Position numbers and translations under genes: made by a program. The notes beneath the pieces are model-generated. The model did not search any database. It worked only from the letters and a program-made list of their open reading frames with translations, and was not told the DNA's origin. Shown here piece after piece: positions 9,998-19,157 of a stretch of 64,000 nt of DNA (positions are counted from its first letter, which is position 1; every line of letters starts with the position of its first letter). The stretch is from Burkholderiales bacterium (GTDB lineage Bacteria > Pseudomonadota > Gammaproteobacteria > Burkholderiales > SHXO01), in assembly GCA_020854105.1 (NCBI GenBank), contig JADZGB010000022.1, forward strand, positions 7,805 through 71,804. The letters are read 5' to 3'.

Positions 9998-10191
9998 TCG
10001 GATACACCGGATTCGAAGCCAGGACAGGAACGCGCCGGGCGAGGCAACTATCCCTTGACAGATCCGCCCCGGCGTGGAGAAGATGCCATTCCGGCACGCG
10101 ACGTCTTATTTAATTGTCCTGATGCGACGCGAACGGAAGGGCTAAGCGAATCCAGCCTTATAGCAGATCAACAATGTGGAGGAGTCCACCC

Positions 10192-11718
10192 ATGAGCGAA
10201 AGACCAGCAGGTTGGCTGTCGGACAAGGAACTCGAAGAAGTTCTGCCTGCAGAAACGGCGGCGTTCCGGTCGCCTATCCCGACCCAGATCGTTTCCACCG
10301 GCGAGTTCAATCCGCCTCCCCAGACCGAGCAGCAACGCCAGGTCGAGGGATTGATCAAGGAGTACGGGGACAAGTACGCGAAGTATCACGGCGTGGATCG
10401 CCGCACCTTCCTCGCGTCTGCCTCCGGCTTCGCCGCCGCCTTCCTGGCGATGAACCAGGTGTTCGGGCCGGTGTTCCAGGTCTCCGAAGCCGAGGCCGCG
10501 GACCGTGACATGGCCGACGAGCGGGCCAAGAAGCTCTCGAAGCAGTTCATCTTCGACGACCAGACGCACTTCGTGCGCGAGGATTTCGACAAGGAAGGAA
10601 TCCTCGGCCTGGGCAAGTACGCGCTCGAGCACTGGAACCCGGACATGGCGAAGACGCCGATGACGCTGGCGCGCTACAAGTTCGAGAACTATCTGAAGGA
10701 GATCTACATGGACAGCGACACGAAGGTCGCGCTGCTGTCCAGTGCTCCGTTCGACGATGAGAGCTGGTACCTGCTGTTCAACGACCAGTTGCGCGATGCA
10801 CGCTCGCTGGTCAACGGCATCTCCGGCAGCCGCCGCATGCTCTCGCACGCGGTGTTCACGCCCGGATCCCCCGGCTGGATGGAGGAGGTCGACAAGTCGA
10901 TCTCCGAGTACAAGCCCGATTCATGGAAGGGCTACACCATCGGTGACCCGCTGTCGCCCTCGACCAAGGGCACCGCCTGGCGCCTGGACGACGAGAAGCT
11001 GGTCTATCCGTTCTACGAGAAGGCGCGCAAGTCCGGCCTGAACAAGATCATCTGTATTCACAAGGGGCTGCTGCCGCGCGACTACGAAAAGTCCTGGCCC
11101 GGCGTGTGGAAGTACGCCACCGTGGAGGACGTGCCGAAGGCGGCCAAGGACAACCCCGACTTCCTGTTCATCATGTATCACGGTGCATTGCGGCCGTTCC
11201 TGGAGGATCCCTCCTACGAACTCGATCTGTTCGAGAAGACCGGCGAGATCCGCTGGGTGACGCACCTGGCCCGCATCCCGAAGGAGCACGGCGTCAAGAA
11301 CGTGTACGGGGAACTGGGGTCCACCTTTGCCGTCGCCGCCGTTGCCAACCCGCGCTTCGCGGCTGCCGTGGTAGGCGCGCTGGTCAACGGCATGGGCGTG
11401 GATCACGTGGTGTGGGGCACGGACTCGGTGTGGTACGGCTCGCCGCAGTGGCAGATCGAAGCCATGCGCCGGATCGAGATCCCCGATGACATGATGAAGA
11501 AGCACGGCTGGAAGATTAAGCTCGGCGACGCCGACGGCGAAGTCAAGCGCAAGATCTTCGGCCTGACCTCCGCACGCCTGTACAACTACAAAATCACTGC
11601 GGACGTGATGGAGAAGCTCGGCACCGACAAGCTGGCACAGATGAAGGATGCCTACGAGCGTGACGGCGGTCAACGCAGCAACGCGGCCTACGGCTACATC
11701 GGCAAGGCCAAGGTCTAG
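10192..11718 (+). CDS. Amidohydrolase-family (Amidohydro_2-like) metal-dependent hydrolase with an internal RR motif
   Basis: ORF 10174..11718 trimmed to ATG 10192, with GGAGGAG 8 nt upstream. It contains the twin-arginine-like motif GVDRRTFLASASGFAAAFLA about 68 aa from the N-terminus. The C-terminal part has a TIM-barrel hydrolase-like sequence (VVWGTDSVWYGSPQWQIE). Confidence 0.8.
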   Translation: MSERPAGWLSDKELEEVLPAETAAFRSPIPTQIVSTGEFNPPPQTEQQRQVEGLIKEYGDKYAKYHGVDRRTFLASASGFAAAFLAMNQVFGPVFQVSEAEAADRDMADERAKKLSKQFIFDDQTHFVREDFDKEGILGLGKYALEHWNPDMAKTPMTLARYKFENYLKEIYMDSDTKVALLSSAPFDDESWYLLFNDQLRDARSLVNGISGSRRMLSHAVFTPGSPGWMEEVDKSISEYKPDSWKGYTIGDPLSPSTKGTAWRLDDEKLVYPFYEKARKSGLNKIICIHKGLLPRDYEKSWPGVWKYATVEDVPKAAKDNPDFLFIMYHGALRPFLEDPSYELDLFEKTGEIRWVTHLARIPKEHGVKNVYGELGSTFAVAAVANPRFAAAVVGALVNGMGVDHVVWGTDSVWYGSPQWQIEAMRRIEIPDDMMKKHGWKIKLGDADGEVKRKIFGLTSARLYNYKITADVMEKLGTDKLAQMKDAYERDGGQRSNAAYGYIGKAKV

Positions 11719-11742
11719 GCAAGCGGACCTGCATGCAGGATG

Positions 11743-11775
11743 CGACGGGGATCTTCGGGTTCCCGTCGTCGTTTC
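11743..11775 (+). terminator. Putative intrinsic terminator after the amidohydrolase gene
   Basis: Stem CGACGGGGA/TTCCCGTCG with one mismatch, followed by TCGTTTC. It starts 25 nt after the stop codon. Confidence 0.4.
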
Positions 11776-11914
11776 ATCACACCACGGTATCCGTCAACCC
11801 GGCGAAGTCCAGCCCCGGAAACCACTTCGTCGCCCCGGCGCGTGAGAATCTGCCTCGGAATGCTTTAATCCGGGGCCGGGGCCCAGCGCAACAGAAGCGG
11901 CTCTTCTCCGCTTT

Positions 11915-11947
11915 GGCTGGACCCCGGCTTTTGCCGGGATGACGGTG
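11915..11947. repeat. REP-like element copy (GGCTGGACCCCGGCTTTTGCCGGGATGACGGTG)
   Basis: Sequence similarity to the copies at 5171, 31869 and 54520. Confidence 0.6.
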
Positions 11948-11979
11948 CTTCCGCCGAGACGGCGCAGCTTGCGTCGCGA

Positions 11980-12771
11980 TCAGCGACCCTTGAACTGCGG
12001 CCCGCGCTTCTCCAGGAAGGCGCGCACGCCTTCGCGGTAGTCCTCGCTGGTGAAGCAGCGCTCGATCGCCTCGTCGACCGGCGCAGTGTTGCCGGCAACG
12101 GGCTGCGACAGCAGCGCGTGGATCGACGTCTTCACCGCGCGCAGGGTGAGCGGGGCATTGTCCGCCACCAGCCTGGCCCAGTCCGTCACCTCGGCCTCGA
12201 GCCGGTCGGCCGGCACCACCCGGCTCACGAACCCCATGCGCAGCGCCTCGGCCGCATCGATCATGCGTGCGGAGAAGAACAAGTCGCAGGTGCTCTGCGG
12301 ACCGATCAGGTCCACGAAGCGCTTGACCCCCTCTAGGTTGTAACCCAGTCCCAGACGACCGGCCGGCATGCGAAAGCGCGCGTCGTCGGCGCAGATGCGC
12401 AGGTCGCACGAGGCAGCGATGCCCAGACCGCCGCCCACGCAGAAGCCGCGGATCTTCGCGAGCACCGGCTTGCGGCAGCGAACCGCCGCGGCATATCCCG
12501 CATCCACGGTGTCGTCGTACGCGCGCCGCGCCTGCGGATCGAGCCGCACCTGCTCGAACTGCGAGATGTCAGCGCCGGCAACGAAGGCCTTGTCGCCGGC
12601 GCCCTCCAGCACCACGACACGCACCGAGTCGTCCTCGTCGAGTTCCTGCACCGCCCGCGGCAGCGCCTGCCACATGGCGAGCGACATGGCATTGCGCTTG
12701 TCCGGATTGGAGAAGATCACGCGGCCGATGCGGCCGTCGCGCTCGATGATCAGTTGTCCTTCGTTGCTCAT
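11980..12771 (-). CDS. Enoyl-CoA hydratase/isomerase (crotonase) family protein
   Basis: 263 aa. Shows the crotonase fold signature (VVVLEGAGDKAFVAGADI...GFCVGGGLGIAASCDLRI). Confidence 0.9.
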   Translation of the reverse strand: MSNEGQLIIERDGRIGRVIFSNPDKRNAMSLAMWQALPRAVQELDEDDSVRVVVLEGAGDKAFVAGADISQFEQVRLDPQARRAYDDTVDAGYAAAVRCRKPVLAKIRGFCVGGGLGIAASCDLRICADDARFRMPAGRLGLGYNLEGVKRFVDLIGPQSTCDLFFSARMIDAAEALRMGFVSRVVPADRLEAEVTDWARLVADNAPLTLRAVKTSIHALLSQPVAGNTAPVDEAIERCFTSEDYREGVRAFLEKRGPQFKGR

Positions 12772-12792
12772 GCTTCAATACCCGAGTCGATA

Positions 12793-12916
12793 GCCACGGA
12801 GGACACGGAGAGCACAGAGAAAAGACCGGAACCACTTCGGCGCAACCGGGCAGATTGGAGTCCGATCCCGTCTCTATCTCTCTCTATCTCTCTGTGCTCT
12901 CCGTGTCCTCCGTGGC
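12793..12916. repeat. MITE/REP-like element bounded by a 28-bp perfect inverted repeat
   Basis: GCCACGGAGGACACGGAGAGCACAGAGA at 12793-12820 is the exact reverse complement of 12889-12916. The 68-nt core includes the tandem TCTCTATCTC x2. It fills the gap between two co-directional genes. Confidence 0.8.
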
Positions 12917-12926
12917 ATAAGATGAT

Positions 12927-14120
12927 TCAAATCGCCCCCTCGGCGCGCAGCGCGGCGATCTGCGCGTCGTCGTAGCCGATCTCGCGCAGGATCTCGTCGT
13001 TGTGCTCGCCCGGGTCCGGCAGCGGTGCCGCCACCTGCGACGGGGTACGTGTCAGGCGCGCGGCGTTGGCGATCACCTCGATCTCGCCCAGCTTCGGGTG
13101 GGAGATCGGCGTGGCAATGCCCAGGTGGCGCACCTGCTCGTCGGCGAACACCTGATCCATGGTGTAGATCGGACCACAAGGAATTCCGGCCGCATTCAGG
13201 CGAGCGATCCAGTCCTCGCTGGTGCGCGCGCGCAACGCATCGGACAGTTCGGCGTTGAGCGCCGCACGGTTGCTCGAACGCCCCTGCTCGTCGGCAAACT
13301 CCTCCCGCGCGAGCAGATCCTCCCGCTCCAGCGTGGCGCACAGCCGCTGCCACATCTGGCTGCCGGTGGCCGCCACGTTGATGTACCCATCGCTGGTCGG
13401 ATAGGCCGAGGTAGGCATGCTGGTCGGATGATCGTTGCCCATCGGCCTGGGCACCTCCCCGCCGATCAGGTGGCGCGCCGCCTGGAAGTCCATCAGCGCC
13501 ACGCCTGCGTGCAGCAGCGAGGACTGCACCCATTGACCACGGCCGCTGCGTTCGCGCTCCAGCAGCGCGGTCATGATGCCGAGCGCGGCAAACAGTCCCG
13601 CGGCCATGTCCACCACCGCGGCGCCGGCACGCGTGGGCGGCCCGCCCGGATGGCCGGTCACCGACATCAGCCCGCTCATGCCCTGCGCGATCTGGTCGAA
13701 GCCGGGACGGTCGCGGTACGGTCCGTCCTGCCCGAAGCCCGATATGCTGGCGAGGATGATGCGCGGGTTGATCGCGGCAAGTCGTTCGTAGTCGATCCCA
13801 AGGCGGTGCTTGACGTCCGGGCGGAAATTCTCCACCACCACGTCGGCCGTCTCCACCAGCTTGCGGAACACGCGCAGGCCGCCGTCGCTCTTCAGGTTGA
13901 GCGTGAGCGTGCGCTTGTTCCGGTGCAGGTTCTGCATGTCGGCACCCAGGCGCGGCCCGGTCGCCAGCTCCGGCCTGGCGCTGGCGGGCGGTGCCTCGAT
14001 CTTGATCACGTCGGCGCCGAAGTCGGCGAACTGGCGCACGCAGGTGGGACCGGCGCGCACCTGACTCAGGTCGAGGATGCGAAGGTGCACGAGGGCACCG
14101 TCGGTCGTGGGTCTGGGCAT
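12927..14120 (-). CDS. Family III CoA-transferase (CaiB/BaiF type)
   Basis: 397 aa. Contains LRILDLSQVRAGPTCVRQFADFGADVIKIE and the rest of the CaiB/BaiF pattern. Confidence 0.9.
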   Translation of the reverse strand: MPRPTTDGALVHLRILDLSQVRAGPTCVRQFADFGADVIKIEAPPASARPELATGPRLGADMQNLHRNKRTLTLNLKSDGGLRVFRKLVETADVVVENFRPDVKHRLGIDYERLAAINPRIILASISGFGQDGPYRDRPGFDQIAQGMSGLMSVTGHPGGPPTRAGAAVVDMAAGLFAALGIMTALLERERSGRGQWVQSSLLHAGVALMDFQAARHLIGGEVPRPMGNDHPTSMPTSAYPTSDGYINVAATGSQMWQRLCATLEREDLLAREEFADEQGRSSNRAALNAELSDALRARTSEDWIARLNAAGIPCGPIYTMDQVFADEQVRHLGIATPISHPKLGEIEVIANAARLTRTPSQVAAPLPDPGEHNDEILREIGYDDAQIAALRAEGAI

Positions 14121-14187
14121 GTGTCTGCGGCGAAGGATCGTTGCGTCGACTTATACACGAACGGAGAATTTGCGCACAATCACATCC

Positions 14188-14826
14188 ATGGACGGCGATC
14201 TCGCGCAGTTTCTGCTCACCGCTTTCGTCACCCTCCTGGTCGTGGTCGACCCCGTCGGTGTGGCGCCGATGTTCGTCGCCATGACCGGCACGCAGAGCGC
14301 CGCGATGCGCCGCGCCACGCTGGCCCGCGCGGTGCTGATCGCGCTGGGCGTGACGCTGTTCTTCCTGCTGGCGGGCCAGTCCCTGCTGGGACTGCTCGGC
14401 GTGACCGTGCACGCCTTCGCCATCAGCGGAGGCATCCTGCTGTTCGCCACTGCCATGCCGATGCTGTTCGGGCAGCGGCCGATCCTGCAGGGGCCGGAAC
14501 ACGGGGAGTACGGCCGCCAAGGCGAGGACGTGGCGGTGTTCCCGCTCGCCATTCCCCTGCTGTGCGGGCCGGGGGCGATCGCCTCCGTCCTGCTGCTGGC
14601 CAATCGGTCCGAGGGTCAGCCGCTGCTGCTCTCCGCCCTGTTCGCCGCGACCGTCGCCGTGTACGGCGTGACCTGGCTGGTGCTGCGCGCAGGGGACGTG
14701 CTGATGCAGCGCCTGGGCGAGCAGCGCATCCACATCGTCACGCGTGTGCTGGGGCTGATCCTGGCGGCACTCGCCGTGCAGTTCGTGCTCGACGGCATCG
14801 CGCAGTACTACACGACGCTGCGCTGA
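14188..14826 (+). CDS. MarC-family integral membrane protein
   Basis: ORF 14077..14826 trimmed to ATG 14188 (MDGDLAQFLLTAFVTLLVVVDPVGVAPMF, the MarC/UPF0056 N-terminus). Confidence 0.85.
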   Translation: MDGDLAQFLLTAFVTLLVVVDPVGVAPMFVAMTGTQSAAMRRATLARAVLIALGVTLFFLLAGQSLLGLLGVTVHAFAISGGILLFATAMPMLFGQRPILQGPEHGEYGRQGEDVAVFPLAIPLLCGPGAIASVLLLANRSEGQPLLLSALFAATVAVYGVTWLVLRAGDVLMQRLGEQRIHIVTRVLGLILAALAVQFVLDGIAQYYTTLR

Positions 14827-14836
14827 GTGCGCCCGG

Positions 14837-16960
14837 TCAGGCGGCGCCCGCCTTGCGCCCGAGCCACTCGCGCAGCCCATCGGCGGTCAGCGGCCGGCTG
14901 AACAGGTAGCCCTGCGCGGCCGTGCAGCCATGCCCGCGCAGGAACTCGGCCTGCTCGCGCGTCTCCACGCCCTCGGCCACCACGTCCAGCCCGAGGCTGC
15001 GCGACATGGTGATGATCGCGCTGACGATGGCGGCATCGTCCGCGTCGCTCGAGATATCGCGCACCAGGCTGCGATCGATCTTGACGCAGTCGATGGAGAA
15101 GCGCTTCAGGTGTGACAGCGACGAGTAGCCGGTGCCGAAATCGTCGATGGTGACGCTGATGCCGCTGGCCTTGAGCCGGCGCAGCGATTCGGCGGCGCGC
15201 TCCGACTCGTCGAGCAGCGCCGCTTCCGGCACGTCGATCGCCAGCCGCACCGGATCCATCCCGCTCGCCTGCAACGCCTGCAGCAGCGCGTCGATGACGT
15301 TCGCCTCGCGCAACTGGCGCGCGGACAGGTTCACCGACACGCGCCCGCCCAGCGTCTCACCCAGCTGCCGCATCTCCTCGGCGAGGCGCTGGAACACCCA
15401 CTCCCCGATCGGCAGGATCAGGCCCGTCTCCTCGGCCACGGGCACGAACGAGCCGGGGGAGACTTCGCCCAGATCCGGATGCTTCCAGCGCAGCAGGCAC
15501 TCGACACCGCGTGGCGCGCCGCCTTCGAGCGCGACCTGCGGCTGATACACCAGGCGGAACTCGCCACGCTCGAGCGCACGCCGCAGGCCGGAGACGAACA
15601 CCATGCGCTCGAACGCGCGGGCGTTCATGTCCTCGCGGAAGAACTGGAAGCCGTTGCGGCCGTGCTCCTTCACCTTGTACATCGCCGTGTCGGCGTTCTT
15701 GATCAGTTCGGTGATGCCGGTGCCGTCGTTCGGGTAGATGCTGATCCCCACGCTGGCGGTCACCTCGACACGGTGCTGGCCGAGCTGGCAAGGCTCGGAG
15801 ATCGATTGCACGAGGCGCTGCGCGGTGCTCACCAGCGCCTCGGGATCGGCGAAGTCCTCCACGTACACGGTGAACTCGTCGCCGCCCAGGCGGCACACCA
15901 CGTCCTCGGAACGTACGCTGGCCTTGAGCCGGCGCGCCACTTCGGCGAGAAGCTGGTCGCCCACGTCGTGGCCGAGGGTGTCGTTGATGGTCTTGAAGTT
16001 GTCCAGGTCGATGAAGATCAGGGCGAGCCGGCGATGGTGGCGCGCCGCGCGGTCCAGCCCGACCTTGAGCTGGGACATGAACAGGTTGCGGTTGCCCAGA
16101 CCGGTGAGCGCGTCGTAGTTGGCCAGATACTCCAGCTGCTCCTGCGAGCGCTTGATGTGCGAGATGTCGCGCATCACGCCGACGTGGTTGATTACCGCTC
16201 CTTCGTCGTCGCGCACCGTGCTCAGGGTCAGCAGGTAGGGCGCTTCCTCGCCGATCTTGCTGCGCGCCCACAGCTCGCCCTGCCAGCGGCCCGTGGCGTG
16301 CACCTTCTCCCACAGCTGCGCGAAGAAGCGCGGGTCGTGCCGCCTGGATGCGAGCACCGCCGTGCGCTGTCCGCGCAGCTCCTCCTCGCGGTAGCCGCTC
16401 ATCTGCTCGAACGCCGGATTCACGGCGATGATGCGCTCGGCGGGGTCGGTGACGACGATACCCTCGTCCGTGCTCTCGAACACGCGTGCCGCCAGGCGCA
16501 GCTCGTCCTCCAGCCGCTTCTGCTGGGTGACGTCGCGTGCGATGATGATCAGGCAGGCGGCATCGCCGATGTCGACCCGTTCGGCGGACATCTGGCTGAT
16601 GCGCAGCTCGCCGTCGCGCCGGCGCATGTGCGCGAGGAAACCCTCCACCCTGGCCTGGCGCCGCAACCGCCCGAGCAGCGCCTGACGCTCCAGTCCGTCC
16701 GCCCACAGACCCAGGTCGAGAGAGGAACGTCCGAGAATCTCGGCGCGCGTGTAGCCGGTCGAGCGCTCGAATGCTTCGTTGACATCCAGGAAGACGCCGT
16801 CGCGCTCGGTGGTGATCGAGATCGCTTCGGGGCAGTTGCGGAACACCGTGGCGAGCTTGGCCTCGGAATCGCGCAGGGCGGCGATCACCACGATCGCCTC
16901 GGGCGCATGCTCCACCAGGGTGCGGTAACGGGCCTCCAGCAGATCCTGTGCTGCGTTCAA
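14837..16960 (-). CDS. PAS/PAC-GGDEF-EAL signalling protein (c-di-GMP turnover)
   Basis: ORF 14837..17095. It has two PAS regions, RLGGDEFTVY (GGDEF) and an EAL domain (ECLLRW, DDFGTGYSSL). There is no ATG near the domain start. I propose TTG 16960, which is preceded by GAGGAGAG with a 5-nt spacer. Confidence 0.8.
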   Translation of the reverse strand: MNAAQDLLEARYRTLVEHAPEAIVVIAALRDSEAKLATVFRNCPEAISITTERDGVFLDVNEAFERSTGYTRAEILGRSSLDLGLWADGLERQALLGRLRRQARVEGFLAHMRRRDGELRISQMSAERVDIGDAACLIIIARDVTQQKRLEDELRLAARVFESTDEGIVVTDPAERIIAVNPAFEQMSGYREEELRGQRTAVLASRRHDPRFFAQLWEKVHATGRWQGELWARSKIGEEAPYLLTLSTVRDDEGAVINHVGVMRDISHIKRSQEQLEYLANYDALTGLGNRNLFMSQLKVGLDRAARHHRRLALIFIDLDNFKTINDTLGHDVGDQLLAEVARRLKASVRSEDVVCRLGGDEFTVYVEDFADPEALVSTAQRLVQSISEPCQLGQHRVEVTASVGISIYPNDGTGITELIKNADTAMYKVKEHGRNGFQFFREDMNARAFERMVFVSGLRRALERGEFRLVYQPQVALEGGAPRGVECLLRWKHPDLGEVSPGSFVPVAEETGLILPIGEWVFQRLAEEMRQLGETLGGRVSVNLSARQLREANVIDALLQALQASGMDPVRLAIDVPEAALLDESERAAESLRRLKASGISVTIDDFGTGYSSLSHLKRFSIDCVKIDRSLVRDISSDADDAAIVSAIITMSRSLGLDVVAEGVETREQAEFLRGHGCTAAQGYLFSRPLTADGLREWLGRKAGAA

Positions 16961-17093
16961 ACCATCTCTCCTCGCCGGATGCGACCGGCGCAGCCGGCAA
17001 TTGTAGAGCCACACACCCGGCACCCGCGAATGCTCCGTCGTAGGTGACGCAGGGCGGCGACAGTACGTGCCCGCCGTCTGTGCCGCTACACGC

Positions 17094-17112
17094 AAATAAC
17101 GCCCGGGAATTT
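17094..17112 (+). promoter_or_regulatory. Candidate LysR-type (T-N11-A) dyad upstream of sbp
   Basis: AAAT-N11-ATTT, read directly, about 120 nt upstream of the sbp ATG. The neighbouring sequence has the ATTCGTTTC motif, shared as ATTCGTT(T/C)C with the cysI upstream region. Confidence 0.25.
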
Positions 17113-17229
17113 GGAACGAAGATCAAATTCGTTTCAAGGCATGAGGTGCTTGGGTAGTGTTCGCCCTGACGCGCATCCGCGTCCACCTAACCTCGACTAT
17201 TCCGGATCGCCGGGGCTCCGATCGCATCG

Positions 17230-18261
17230 ATGAAACTCAGCCAGTCCCGCCGCGCCGGTGCGTTCGCCGGCTGCCTGTTCGCCGCCGCGACCGCCCTCGC
17301 CGGCGCCGCTCATCCAGCGCACGCGCAGGACAGCCTGCTCAACGTGTCCTATGACGTCACGCGCGAGTTCTACAAGGAATTCAACGCGGCGTTCGTCCGC
17401 CACTGGAAGCAGAAGACCGGCCGCGGCGTGACGGTGAAGCAGTCGCACGGCGGCTCGAGCAAGCAGGCGCGCGCGGTGGCCGACGGCCTGGAGGCGGACG
17501 TCATCAGCATGAACCAGGCGAGCGACATCGACATCCTGCACGCGCGCGGCAAGCTCGTCCCGGCGCACTGGGCGAAGCGCCTGCCCAACAACAGCGTGCC
17601 CTACACCTCGACCACGGTCTTCCTGGTGCGCAAGGGCAACCCGAAGAACGTGCGCGACTGGAACGACCTGGTACGCCCGGGGGTCGCGGTCGTCCTGCCC
17701 AACCCCAAGACCTCCGGCAACGGCCGCTACAGCTATCTCGCCGCCTGGGGCTACGTGGTGGAGAACGGCGGCGACGCGGCCAAGGCGCGCGACTTCGTCG
17801 GACGCCTGCTGAAGAACGTGCTGGTGCTCGACGGCGGCGGGCGCGGCGCCACCACCACCTTCACCCAGCGTGGCATCGGCGACGTGCTGCTCACCTTCGA
17901 GAACGAGGTCGAGCTGATCGAGAACGAACTGGGCCGTGGGAAGTTCGAGGTGGTGGTGCCCTCGGCGAGCATCGTCGCGGAAAATCCGGTCACGGTCGTG
18001 GACAAGGTGGTGGACAAGCGCGGCACCCGCACGCTGGCGCAGGCCTATCTCGAGTACCTCTACTCGCCCGAAGGACAGGAGATCGTGGCGCGCCACGACT
18101 TCCGCCCGTCCAACGCCGAAGTGTTCGCGCGCCACAAGCAGCGGTTCGCGCAGCTGCGCCTGTTCACCGTGCAGAAGGTCTTCGGCGGCTGGCAGCAGGC
18201 GCAGAAACAGCACTTCGACGAGGGCGCGATCCTCGACCAGCTGCTGGCCGGCAGCCGCTGA
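17230..18261 (+). CDS. sbp: Sulfate/thiosulfate ABC transporter periplasmic binding protein
   Basis: 343 aa with a signal peptide. Contains LLNVSYDVTREFYKEFNAAF and SHGGSSKQARAV, typical of Sbp/CysP. It is followed by cysTWA. Confidence 0.9.
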   Translation: MKLSQSRRAGAFAGCLFAAATALAGAAHPAHAQDSLLNVSYDVTREFYKEFNAAFVRHWKQKTGRGVTVKQSHGGSSKQARAVADGLEADVISMNQASDIDILHARGKLVPAHWAKRLPNNSVPYTSTTVFLVRKGNPKNVRDWNDLVRPGVAVVLPNPKTSGNGRYSYLAAWGYVVENGGDAAKARDFVGRLLKNVLVLDGGGRGATTTFTQRGIGDVLLTFENEVELIENELGRGKFEVVVPSASIVAENPVTVVDKVVDKRGTRTLAQAYLEYLYSPEGQEIVARHDFRPSNAEVFARHKQRFAQLRLFTVQKVFGGWQQAQKQHFDEGAILDQLLAGSR

Positions 18262-18274
18262 GGAAAGCATCCTC

Positions 18275-19156
18275 ATGACCTCCGCCACCGCTACCCTGCC
18301 CGCTCCCCTCGCACCCGCCGCGCGGCGCCCCTGGAGGAAGCCCAGCGTGCTGCCCGGCTTCGGGCTGGCGCTCGGCTTCGCCCTGCTCTACCTCTCGCTG
18401 ATCGTGTTGATCCCGTTGTCGGCCACCTTCCTGAAATCCGCGACGCTGGGATGGGAGGTCTTCTGGGCCACCGTCAGCGCGCCGCGCGTGCTCGCGGCGC
18501 TGCGCCTGTCCTTCGGCGCGTCGCTGCTCGCCGGCGTGCTAAACGCGGTGTTCGGCCTACTGGTCGCCTGGGTGCTGATACGCTACCGCTTCCCCGGACG
18601 CCGCGTGGCCGACGCCATGGTGGATCTGCCCTTCGCCCTGCCGACAGCCGTGGCCGGCATCGCACTGACCGCGGTGTACGCGGGCAACGGCTGGATCGGC
18701 CAGTACCTGGAGCCGCTTGGCATCCAGGTCGCGTTCGCGCCGCTGGGCGTGGTGGTGGCGCTGACATTCATCGGCCTGCCCTTCGTGGTGCGCACGGTGC
18801 AACCCGTGCTCGAGGATCTGGAACCGGAACTGGAAGAGGCAGCCGCCACGCTCGGCGCGAACCGCCTGCAGACCTTCCGCCGGGTGATCCTGCCGGCGGT
18901 CACACCGGCGCTTCTCACCGGCTTCACGCTCGCCTTTGCCCGCGCGGTCGGCGAGTACGGCTCGGTCATCTTCATCGCCGGCAACATGCCGATGGTCTCC
19001 GAGATCGCCCCGCTGCTGATCATCATCGAGCTGGAGCAGTACGACTACGCCGGCGCCACCTCGGTGGCCGTGATGATGCTGCTGATTTCCTTTGCCCTGC
19101 TGCTGCTGATCAATCTGCTGCAGTGGTGGAGCGCGCGACGCACGGGACGCCTCTGA
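18275..19156 (+). CDS. cysT: Sulfate ABC transporter permease CysT
   Basis: Frame of ORF 17936..19156, trimmed to ATG 18275 ([12 protein letters not shown]...). It is a polytopic permease with the EAA-loop region ([18 protein letters not shown]). Confidence 0.9.
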   Translation: MTSATATLPAPLAPAARRPWRKPSVLPGFGLALGFALLYLSLIVLIPLSATFLKSATLGWEVFWATVSAPRVLAALRLSFGASLLAGVLNAVFGLLVAWVLIRYRFPGRRVADAMVDLPFALPTAVAGIALTAVYAGNGWIGQYLEPLGIQVAFAPLGVVVALTFIGLPFVVRTVQPVLEDLEPELEEAAATLGANRLQTFRRVILPAVTPALLTGFTLAFARAVGEYGSVIFIAGNMPMVSEIAPLLIIIELEQYDYAGATSVAVMMLLISFALLLLINLLQWWSARRTGRL

Positions 19157-19157
19157 C

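Noticed and set aside
12874-14909. 668-aa minus-strand and 635-aa plus-strand ORFs spanning the CoA-transferase/MarC region.
   Set aside because: They are out of frame with, or antisense to, genes that have clear homology. Their composition is Arg/Gly/Ala/Pro-dominated.
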